Both the position numbers and the translations under genes were made by a program. Below, one piece after another: positions 12,701-22,542 of a stretch of 64,000 bases of DNA. The notes below the pieces were generated by a model, which was given only the letters and a program-made list of their open reading frames with translations, was not told where the DNA came from and did not search any database. Source of the DNA: Lenisia limosa. Taxonomy: Eukaryota > Protista > Breviatea. The DNA lies in assembly GCA_001655205.1 (NCBI GenBank), contig LPNZ01007402.1, positions 1,218 through 65,217 of the forward strand. Reading direction: 5' to 3'. Each line of letters starts with the position of its first letter. Position 1 is the first letter of the stretch.

Positions 12701-14235
12701 GAGTTTCCCTCTGGTCCAAAAATACGGAATATCTCGATAAATCCTTGACCAATACGGATGTTCCCCAGTCGCAAGAATATACATACATAATATATATTAA
12801 TATTGTTTGACCAGTATAAAATATATTACATGGGATTCCTACGAGAGTAGTTGCGTGCGTTTGAAGGAACGTTGAGTTGGAAATTCGTACATCCTTAAAT
12901 AAGTCAAAAAGCGTTAATTATCCATTGTAGCTCATAAAAACTGACCCACAAACCGGTATTGATGAACAAATCCAAATGACTGCATTGGACAACTTCTTGG
13001 GTGTTAATCAGAGCTTCTTTGGACAGAATCCACCGCACTTGGGAACCACATTTGGAACACTACAATTCAATAAACAAAAGTTAAATCCAAATAGAAAAGC
13101 TGTGAATCCCTTTATAATATTATCAAATATAACTCTAAATTTAAGATCCTAAACTCATATGTTTTCTTAGCACCCGGATCATCCCCAAACTTTAGGAACG
13201 GAGGCGGAAGATGTGGTGGTTACTGCAGGAGCTTTCTAGAAGAAGTAAATTGAATCATAAAGACCAAGCTCAATAATATCTACCATACATTCCTAAAATA
13301 CAAGGAATTGGCCATTACCACTGGAGGCAGTATTATTCGACCATCTTCGAACAAGGCTAATGCAGTCCATGCCACCCACCAAACAAGGACATCTTCTCTT
13401 GCGCCCATCTCGATGATAATTCAGATCTCTACGTTTGCTATGACGACCTCCTTAACAGTCAAATCTTGATACTGATTCAGGCACTAACCGTTAGAATGTG
13501 TGGTTATTGTGAGGTTGTTTGCGACTGATGTTGAAATGTCATCATCACTGACATCGCTTTCTGAGTCGCTACCCTCTAAGAAATGTTAAAATGTAGAGCT
13601 TCTAGAAGTATTCCCTAATTTGTTATTAATCAGTCCATTATGGTATTACCCACTTGGAACTGATGCGCTGTAACTGGAATCATTGAGATAGGGCCTGAAA
13701 AATGAATCAACTATCAATAATCATTGCAAAAGCATCAATAATTACAGAGACCCACCAAGACATGTCGACTTGGTACATGAGTATAACTCTCCCATTGCAT
13801 ACCCGCACCCACCAAGACATGTCGACTTGGTACATGAGTATAACTCTCCCATTGAAGCCGGCCCCTTGGTTAGTGATCGTACCAACCACTTGATCTCCGG
13901 GGTAAGCGGTCTGAGCGGTTAAACAAAAATTGCTGTTTAGAGCAAAATGATTTCACGAGATAATATGCTGCTAAATGAGAAAAGCAATGATAATATTTTG
14001 TATAAACTCATAATGTAATACCAACTTGTAAAAAGTCGGAGTAAGCAAGAAAGCTAAATAAAAAAAACAGGTCAGTCATCCTACTGTTTGATTCATTGCC
14101 CCCCCCCCCACCCCTACCAATTATATCAAGAATTTCAGCTGATGAAAAGCACAAATTCCCCCTTACATTAGTTGTGATATTTAATAATGCGTTGATTGGC
14201 TTTGGACCAAGGTCTTCATTCGAAAGGTAAACCAT
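9703..14235 (-). CDS. Arrestin-fold-like protein with C-terminal DysF (dysferlin/Pex24) domain and two PPxY motifs
   Basis: N-terminus LLNITTN-TAYPGDQVVGTI resembles an arrestin_N start; further exons give TNFQLNVPSN and NASLAYCVQI. DysF signature: FENERKIPLKGFS...LPKGWRWNSPTWTLD...DDGWKYSTLW...IVRRKRFFRVR (about 10330-11040). Tail contains PPNY and PPPY. Some middle exons are unresolved. Confidence 0.6.
9892..9968. repeat. Family 3 dispersed intronic repeat, copy 1
   Basis: TGGGTGAATTAATATTATA...ATAATCCAATAT...TGATGGTGTGGACGGCTYCGGCCAGATA is shared with 39012-39099. Confidence 0.8.
12699..12750. mobile_element. Truncated family 1 MITE
   Basis: TGGTCCAAAAA...GAATATCTCGATAAATCCTTGA matches the reverse complement of the 19182 copy. 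Confidence 0.6.
13750..13854. repeat. 57-bp-period tandem duplication of an exon end plus its 5' splice site
   Basis: Identical 48-nt copies at 13750-13797 and 13807-13854, separated by 9 nt. Confidence 0.95.
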
Positions 14236-14759
14236 TGGGAGGAGCTAAGTGGACGTAAATAGCAGATAAATGATAGACGTTGGATGGGCACACCAAACAA
14301 ATTGGGGAAAGCCCCAATTTTTTGTAAATGAGTACAACAGTGCTTTTTCATATGTGTGACCAGTGTGTGTGTGTGATGCTATTAGAGATGAAATAAAAGG
14401 ATGGAGTAGAGGAGCCGTAGAAGTTTCACTAACCAATGGAATGGGTTGCTCGCTCGGTCGGTATTATTCTCTCCTCCTATCTCTTCACAAACTTTTACAA
14501 GTATTATTATAATATTTATGTCTTATAAATAATGGGGAGAACCAGAAGAGGCGAAGAAGAGGCCAAAAACTGCCGATTTCGAGCATATAGCATCAAAATT
14601 ACTGGGGGATTTATACCAGTTTTTAAGCGAATTTTTTAATTTTTGCCAAATCACTCCATTTGTATAAGCTATTAATAAGTAGTAGACTGCCTGTATAGAC
14701 TAATATCAAAACACTTCTTTGACTTCACTCAACCTTATTTTTTTCTCTTATTCGGCGTA

Positions 14760-16231
14760 ATGTCGGGTTCTAAGAGCACTTATGACCATCTTATCAAGCT
14801 TTTGATCATTGGTGATTCAGGTACTGTCCTTTGAGAGAGTTCTTCTTGGCTAATTTCCCCTATTCTAGGTGTTGGAAAGTCTTGTCTGCTTCTTAGATTC
14901 TCAGACGATCAGTTTACCCCTTCTTTCATCACAACTATTGGGTACGCCGAGGGACACAACTTTGTTTTTTAATGAACACTATGTAACTCTCCCCTGTAGC
15001 ATTGATTTCAAGATTCGTACAATTGACGTCGATGGAAAGAGAATTAAGCTTCAAATTGTAAGCTCTGACACCTTGTCCTCGCATTTCTCCATTCCCTTCT
15101 TAACCTTCCTGGGTCCTTTCTCTCGAAATCAATTCTATTACACTATACAACTCTTCCCCAATGGCCAAATGTCAAAACCTGTTTTTCTTCATATCATTTC
15201 CTTATGTTCACTTTCACATCTGATTATTTTAGTGGGACACCGCAGGCCAGGTTGGTAAGGGGCCATTTTACTCCTTGTGTGTTGATAAAGAAATTATATT
15301 GTATTGATGCCACTTTCTACCCCGTCTGATTTTGGTTTAGGAACGCTTCAGGACAATCACATCAGGTAAGAATGTACAGTCTGTTGTTCTTGACCAAGTT
15401 TTCTTTTCCTTTACCGAGATATTTTAACTACTGTATTAACATTGTAGCATATTATCGTGGAGCAATGGGAATTCTTCTTGTCTATGATGTCACCTGCAGA
15501 AGATCTTTTGAGAGTACGTTATAATACATCAGCATTTATGTCGAGATCGGAATCAACCCCCTTCACCCTTCACCCTGTAGATATCCGTGGATGGATTCGT
15601 AATATTGAAACCCATGCTAATGAGAATGTTAACAAATTACTGGCTGGAACCAAGTGTGATCTCACAGACAAAAAGGTAAAGCTGGATTATTGAAGTTTTT
15701 TTTTTTTTTTTTTTCTNNNNNNNNNNNNNNNNNNNNNNNNNNNNNNNNNNNNNNNNNNNNNNNNNNNNNNNNNNNNNNNNNNNNNNNNNNNNNNNNNNNN
15801 NNNNNNNNNNNNNNNNNNNNNNNNNNNNNNNNNNNNNNNNNNNNNNNNNNNNNNNNNNNNNNNNNNNNNNNNNNNNNNNNNNNNNNNNNNNNNNNNNNNN
15901 NNNNNNNNNNNNNNNNNNNNNNNNNNNNNNNNNNNNNNNNNNNNNNNNNNNNNNNNNNNNNNNNNNNNNNNNNNNNNNNNNNNNNNNNNNNNNNNNNNNA
16001 GGACAACGTCGATAATGCTTTCTTTACCTTGGCAAAGGCCATCAAGGAACGGATGATTGACTCGGAACAAAATGACAAGGTTTGCGTTAATCCTGTAATC
16101 ACACATTGGTTTTCTTTAATTTCATGATTTTATTTCTTATTGTTTGAATTGACATGGTCTAGGTGGCAGATAAGCCAAGTTTAGACGTGACGCAGAAGCC
16201 TGCAGGCAAGAAAAATGGCTGCAAGTGCTAA
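14760..16231 (+). CDS. RAB8: Rab8/Sec4-family small GTPase
   Basis: [71 protein letters not shown]; C-terminal CKC prenylation motif. One exon region lies in a gap. Confidence 0.93.
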
Positions 16232-16529
16232 CCGATGTGTGTTTTTGAGTGTTCTTTCCTGTTCTTTATGTAATACAGTTTTCTTTTTCTAGTCTAGTCA
16301 GAGATATGAATGAAATCAAGTAGCCAATGAGCTGAGTAGTTAGTCAATTAATCAAAAGAGTCAATTAAGGTTAAATGAAACTTGAATGAAACTGAGTCAG
16401 GATATGAACGCCAGGCGCAAAATTTGCGCTATTTTCCGTTCGAGTTTTTTTTTTTCTCGGCCTCTTTTTTTACTAATACGAACCAGAATTCAGTGTATTA
16501 ATTGTATTTATTGAGCTTGATTCAACAAA

Positions 16530-17422
16530 ATGGCGAAGCATCGTTAGTGACTCTTCTCTTTTAGCTGTTTTAACTCCGCTTTAGATCCCGATCTTATTAT
16601 GTGCCGTAAGCAGCCAGGAATTGGTAGGGTTTGGAGTGATGACAGCTTCTCTCTGTCTTGATTGTCTAATATTTTGTAGCTGTTGGCCGCTTATGCGAGA
16701 AGTGTGATGGCAAATGCGTTATTTGTGATTCTTACGTGCGTCCTACGCTTCTTGTTCGTGTCTGTGACGAATGCAACTTTGGTGCCTCTCAAGGTGAGAT
16801 CTCTTGCCTTTCTTAACCCTCTCTCCTCCTGCCATTTAACTAACTTTTTTTAGGAAGATGTGTCGTTTGTGGAGCCCCTGGTATTTCAGATGCGTACTAC
16901 TGCAAAGAGTGTACTCAACTAGAAAAAGACGTTTGAGGGGATTCATAGGGATTGATAGTTCTCATCTAAAGGTTAACCTTGAAAGTAAGATAAAAAGGAA
17001 ATGACCAATGACATAAAGATTATGTTGAATTTCTGGTTCTGTTCTGCCCCTTTGCAAGAAGACCTGTTGTTTTTCTTGAAATTTTTATTAACCACTTGCG
17101 CTGCTGCTTATGTCCTCTCTACTGTGTTTCTTGTAATTCTAAGTGATGTTATTTTCTTTATTCAGGAGACTTGATAAGACTTATCCACTTAGTTAATTTT
17201 CAAGGGCTTTTCTTTGGACTTTGTTTTGTTGTTCCCAATCCTTGTGTTGTCAGTTAACAGAGTCCCCCCCCCCCCCTTTTTTTTTTTTNNNNNNNNNNNN
17301 NNNNNNNNNNNNNNNNNNNNNNNNNNNNNNNNNNNNNNNNNNNNNNNNNNNNNNNNNNNNNGAATCTGGGTACATCTCGAGCGGATATGTTCTATGAAAG
17401 GAAAAAGTGGGGCAAAAAGTAG
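16530..17422 (+). CDS. PHF5A: PHF5A/Rds3, SF3b splicing factor
   Basis: [39 protein letters not shown]...[14 protein letters not shown]...[19 protein letters not shown] stop. Confidence 0.97.
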
Positions 17423-17608
17423 TTAGTTTCTGTGCAATTATGTGTTTCTCTCTCTCTGTATTCAGGATAATACAGGCTCTATGTTTCTAACCAACTAATG
17501 GCCTTTTTTTTTTTTTTTTTTTTTNNNNNNNNNNNNNNNNNNNNNNNNNNNNNNNNNAAAAACTAGGAAACAAACGGGAAACAATTTTTTTAAAAAAATA
17601 CCATAGAA

Positions 17609-20191
17609 TTAGAGTTCATCACAAATGCGAAGGCCAACAAGACAACTGTCTGAGATGATGGGGTTGGGGTGCTTACTGGTTCTCTAAACAGTTGATGTAC
17701 AACTTGGCAGTGGAGATAAACACTGTTCTAGAAGCTTCTATACCTTGAGACACTCAACGCATTTGACTCGATCATCACCAAGAGAGCAATCAGCAACACT
17801 GCCAAGGCTAACCGCACACTGTTAACGTGAAATCACATTCTTCTCAAGCCTCAATTCAATTACATTTTTTATCTTGATATTACATATTTTTAGGTTGGTT
17901 CACAAAACAAACCTCGTGACGGGAAACAGGGTGTTCATCAGGATCTTCAACCGCCTAAATAAAGTAAAAAAAAAATAGGTCTTCCAATGTGAATTGACAT
18001 GTCACCAGCGAGCTTTGCCAACCTTTATAAGAACGTCTGCAGTCTCAGAGTTGGCCATCTGAGAGGGTAATAAACGGCCTACACTATCCCAAAATTTAAT
18101 CAGACACTAAAAAAGAACCACAAACCTGACCCATAACAAAAGCCAACTCATGACGGTACAAGGGGTCGTCACCCACAGGGCTACGACCAAGCTCAGTAAT
18201 CAAAGCCTAAAGTGTAATCAAAAAACAATGCTGATAATATTTTAATTGAACTTACCTGTGTCGCTTCTCTGGTATTGATATTTCTCAAGGCAAAGAGGGC
18301 TTCAAAACGCTATATGGTCATTCTTAAAATGGTGTATTGAACATAAATCAGATTATCTCTTGTTCCAATCGTCTCACTGTGAGACAATGGGGTTTTTGAC
18401 TAGTTTCAGTAACATTTATGCTGAAAATGCCTAAAAATGGTTTTGCACGATTTCACAGATTTACAAAAATAATTATTTGGCACAAGTTCAACCACTATTT
18501 ACCTTAAATAGACGGTAAAATGCCCAAAAAAAACACCCCAAAAAGACCAAAATTTCAGCCCGATTGAATTGGTACACTCGATTTTTTTATTTCCAAATGC
18601 GGTAGTTTTATCGGCCGGGCGTATATTGTAATCCTTATTAGGAAGGTTGGTTTTGAGAGTACCATTATCAAAAAATTGGTCAATGTTTTCAAGGAATTTG
18701 GAACTACTGGTCAACTTTGACAATGACAAAGTTGTTTTTTTTCTTTTTTCTTAAAGCCATAGTTATTCTGTTAAGGCAGTTCAAAAGCTACGCAAAAAAA
18801 AGTGCCTTTAGATTGCTTTAAGACCAAAATCAGCAAAAGTTATCCTATTTTTAACAAAAAAAAAATACCTGTCTCAAAAAGACACTTGGGCCCCAAGGGA
18901 TAGCTTACATCATAAGTTCTGCCTTCTCTGTTGATCAAGCAAGCTTCCAACTCAGCAATAGATCTGAGTAGTCAACCATGAACAGTTCCAAAAAACTGTC
19001 AAGGTATTTATGTATTGTAATTGTAAAATTTGGTTAGAAAAGACAAACAAGTCTGAACAAACAGGTTCCCTCACCTTCCTTTTTTGACTGCGGGTGTGGG
19101 ATCAACTGATGTGAAGATGGTGTTAATATCGTTTCCTCCATTGGCAGCAGTTACCGGGTTAGCTAAATAAATGATTATATTTAGGGCTTCCTTCTGGTCC
19201 GAAAATGCCCGGTAAAATATCGATATTTATCAAGGATTTATCGAGATATTCAGTCTTTTTTGGGACCATAGGAAAGCCCCAATTATAGTAGATGATATGG
19301 TATGTAATCTATCTCATATTATAATTTTTCCTGAATTCAGTGGTGAGAGAAAAGCAATCAAGGTAAAGTAAAACCCTACCCTTTCTAATGCGCTCAGCAG
19401 ACACAAGGCAGGTTGTGAGTACAAGATCTGGTCAATTAGTCAGCTTTAACCTGACCACTTTATACTCCTTCAAGTTAACTAACTTGGTAGACCGTCACAA
19501 GAAAAATCGCTGTAATTTGATGTTGTGAACTCTAATAACAGACGGGCCTTGAAATGATTCATACAATATTGTAACACTCACCACTCACCAGGAGTAGGTG
19601 CAACAGAGTACTTATCAAGCATGTCGAGGGTTTCAACGGCTCCAATAGCTCCAAGTGCCTCTGCTGCCTAAGCAATCACATCACAGGAAAATATGTTACA
19701 TTTTTGGCCACAGCTACAAATACAATTAAAATATTATATATCATATATATGTACTAGTGAGAATTTTGATTTATCTTGATACCACCAAACCTCATGGCGA
19801 ACAACATCATTTTCACTGTTGTTATCAAGACACTCACTAAGTTATATTAGAACTGATCCTCAACATTATCCAAATAGCAACTTCAAAGCATACCAGAGAG
19901 TTTTAATAGCCCGACTATCTCCCATCTGTCCACATATGTACGCAGCCTCATGCCTGAAGATGACTTCATTTCCGATATCGGTTAAGAGAGCTGCATGATT
20001 AGATACATTAAAGCCAGCCTACTATTGCAAAGAGCATCGACAGCGTGCTCAGATTTCTCCTGTAGAAGTCTAAAGAGATTGTGACAACGTGTGGCTACCC
20101 CAGCCTGAGGGTCGATCAAGGTCTGACAGTCTTCAAGACTGAGGGCCCCAACTTTTTTCTCTAGGATGACTTTAATTAAATCATCTACCAT
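17609..20191 (-). CDS. DOHH: Deoxyhypusine hydroxylase
   Basis: Four His-Glu motifs in HEAT-like repeats: RHEAAYICGQMG, VRHEAAEALGAIG, YRHELAFVMGQM, SRHECAVSLG; also SVDPTP and RFEALFALRN. Confidence 0.93.
19182..19281. mobile_element. hAT-type MITE, family 1 (about 100 bp), in a DOHH intron
   Basis: TAGGGCTTCC...GAAAGCCCCA termini; 8-bp flanks ATTATATT/ATTATAGT (7/8). Confidence 0.8.
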
Positions 20192-20443
20192 GATGAGCAG
20201 TAAAAAAGAGGCAGAAACTGGCGAGGAGGGGGTGAAAAGGCATTTTGGATCTGACGATCGATAACCTAATACAATAATTATTGCGCAGCTGAATCGGCCT
20301 CTTTGTCTTGAAGTATATTGTTTCTTAAATTGTGTTGTTGTTAACCACATATACGGCTACCTCTTAGTGACTCTCTATCTGTGAACCTTGTTTCTCTTGA
20401 ATGTAGCCGGCCTCTCAGCCCACTCTTTGGAAATCTAGCTCCA

Positions 20444-20845
20444 ATGGCACATATATGTAATCAAGGCAGGCTGGATCCACCTCCTTTCGCAGCCCCTGTC
20501 AATATCTTCCCTCGATCTGCCACTGGAAATGTCAATAAGACTTTAATATGGGGTGAGTTTATCTTCAAGTATGAATATGGTTGACCAAAATAGGACTAGT
20601 TTTAATTGCTTTCTCTGCATTCCTCTTTGTGATTGGAGGGTATGCAATTATTGTAAGCAAGCTCATGCCAGACACCGGCAATGCAGTCTTAGATTATCTT
20701 AAGGTTGACAGGTTAGTTGATAATTGTAATTTTTGATTCTTAAACACTTAGATACTATGTTATAGCCATAGCTGCCTTGATGCCCATGTACTTTCAATAT
20801 TGCCACGTTTACTGGGTTTGTCTAAAACTGTTTCGGCATGCTTGA
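20444..20845 (+). CDS. PIGY: PIG-Y/Eri1-like small subunit of GPI-GlcNAc transferase (3 exons)
   Basis: Spliced: ...LIWGLVLIAFSAFLFVIGGYAIIVSKLMPDTGNAVLDYLKVDRYYVIAIAALMPMYFQYCHVYWVCLKLFRHA stop. Matches the IVSK.LP.SGN..LD...D.YY...W...K.FRH pattern of PIG-Y. Start codon uncertain. Confidence 0.8.
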
Positions 20846-21034
20846 TGCCTCTTCTGGGAGTTATGGTATGTTTTGAGGGTGTAGGATGATGTTGTACGAG
20901 AGCTGTGTGGCCTTTCTAATGAGTGATTAGTCGTGATTTTGATGTATTTGTTGTAATATTCACAGCAGATATAAATAGCAATAACGGTTAAACCTGTACT
21001 GAGTATTGATTATGTATGAATTGAAAAAAAATTG

Positions 21035-21114
21035 TGTTTTGGGAAATTGAAGGTTGGTGTTAAAAAACACCGTTGTGGTAAAAGGAAACACATAAATGGG
21101 AATCCGAAAAAGAG
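21035..21114 (-). promoter_or_regulatory. H2A 3' UTR conserved block with histone-type stem-loop (21056-21071)
   Basis: On the mRNA strand GGTGTT-TTTT-AACACC forms a 6-bp stem with a 4-nt loop. The 80-nt block is 76/80 identical to the H2B 3' block. Confidence 0.8.
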
Positions 21115-21139
21115 CTGATTAGATCAACAAAGGGAGAAT

Positions 21140-21514
21140 TTACTCCTCGGTGACCTTCTTCTTCTTGGGGAGAAGCTCGGGGCGAAGGTTGGGGAGGACA
21201 CCACCCTGGGCAATGGTAACACCGGTGAGGAGCTTCTTGAGTTCGTCATCAGTGCGGACGGCAAGCTGGATGTGGCGGGGAGTGATGCGGTGCTTCTTGT
21301 TGTCGTTGCAAGCGTTACCGGCGAGCTCGAGAACCTCAGAGGTAAGGTACTCAAGGACGGCAGTGAGGTAAAGAGCGGCACCGTTGCCGACGCGCTTGGC
21401 GATGCGGGCGTTTCTCATGTAGCGTTGGACGCGAGAGATGGGGAAGATCAGACCAGCACGGGCGGAGCGAGACTGGGAAGCAGCTTTCTTAGCGGGGGCC
21501 TTACGGGGAGCCAT
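21140..21514 (-). CDS. H2A: Histone H2A (intronless)
   Basis: [51 protein letters not shown]. True start is MAPRK at 21514. Confidence 0.98.
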   Translation of the reverse strand: MAPRKAPAKKAASQSRSARAGLIFPISRVQRYMRNARIAKRVGNGAALYLTAVLEYLTSEVLELAGNACNDNKKHRITPRHIQLAVRTDDELKKLLTGVTIAQGGVLPNLRPELLPKKKKVTEE

Positions 21515-21610
21515 ATTTAATAATAAATGAAGTGAAAATAATTTGGTGAACAAATTTATTTATAGTTTTTTTACTACCCGTAAATTACAAGATAAAATAC
21601 CCAACTATCG

Positions 21611-21636
21611 TTTGGCGCCAAATATTTGGCGCGAAA
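21611..21636. promoter_or_regulatory. Two E2F-like sites in the H2A/H2B bidirectional promoter
   Basis: TTTGGCGCCAAA (palindrome, 21611-21622) and TTTGGCGCGAAA (21625-21636) match the TTTSSCGC consensus. Confidence 0.55.
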
Positions 21637-21732
21637 TGACTCTTAGAACATTTATCTTGTAATATACGGAGTAGTGAAAAAACTATTTAAAAAATGTTTC
21701 TGAGTTGTTTTACTCATTCGAATTTATTCAAA

Positions 21733-22068
21733 ATGGTTAAAGCTGCCGATTCCGTTGAAAAGAAGACCTCTCGCTCTGTCAAGCGTACCGAGACCTACAA
21801 CCGCTTCATCTTCAAGGTGCTCAAGCAGGTTCACAAGGACACTGGTATCAACACCCGCGCCATGGCTATCATGAACTCTTTCGTCCACGATATGTTCGAC
21901 CGCATCGCCACCGAGGCCGCTTTCCTTGCTCGTCGTACCCGCAAGTCTACCGTCACCTCTCACGAGATCATGACCGCCGTCAAGCTTATCCTCCCCGGTG
22001 ACCTTGCCAACCACGCCATCTCCGAGGCCCACCGTGCTCTCAACAAGTACACTTCCTCTTCCGCTTAA
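21733..22068 (+). CDS. H2B: Histone H2B (intronless, divergent)
   Basis: [46 protein letters not shown]. True start is MVKAAD at 21733. Confidence 0.97.
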   Translation: MVKAADSVEKKTSRSVKRTETYNRFIFKVLKQVHKDTGINTRAMAIMNSFVHDMFDRIATEAAFLARRTRKSTVTSHEIMTAVKLILPGDLANHAISEAHRALNKYTSSSA

Positions 22069-22094
22069 GTTCGCTTTTGCGCTGGGCGTCCGCC

Positions 22095-22174
22095 CTCTTT
22101 TTCGGATTCACATTTATGTGTTTCCTTTTACCACAACAGTGTTTTTTAACACTAACCTTCAATTTCCTAAAACA
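22095..22174 (+). promoter_or_regulatory. H2B 3' UTR conserved block with histone-type stem-loop (22138-22153)
   Basis: AGTGTT-TTTT-AACACT; the closing pair is A-T here and G-C in the H2A copy. Confidence 0.8.
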
Positions 22175-22542
22175 ATTTGTATTCATTGAATGTGACGGAT
22201 TTGGATCTTCACATCCTCTACAGAGCATACAACCAGGCATTAAAAAAAGAAAGGCCATCATTATTGATAGAAAATTGTTCCAGGATCTGGAATTTTACCG
22301 TTTCCAAAATCTCCCTTTTTATCAGTATTTTTCTGCTTATTTTAATTTACTTTATCATTATTGTTTACTTTATATATCAATCAGTCACTATTTTGTTAAT
22401 TTATCGCAATAGTGTATTCATTTATTTCTCTAAGACCAATTTCACGCATATTGAAGGCCTAATCATTATCAAATAAAATACAGACAGTAGAACTAATCAA
22501 TACAAGCAGGCTTTTACCTTATACGCACCTCAGTGGTGGAAC

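Noticed and set aside
15662-16127. Long ORF-track entries containing X runs (also near 1.5, 5.6, 42.1, 49.5 and 60.0 kb)
   Set aside because: Artefacts of translating through N gaps.
21150-22032. Antisense and alternative-frame ORFs over the histone genes
   Set aside because: Shadows of biased codon usage in H2A and H2B.
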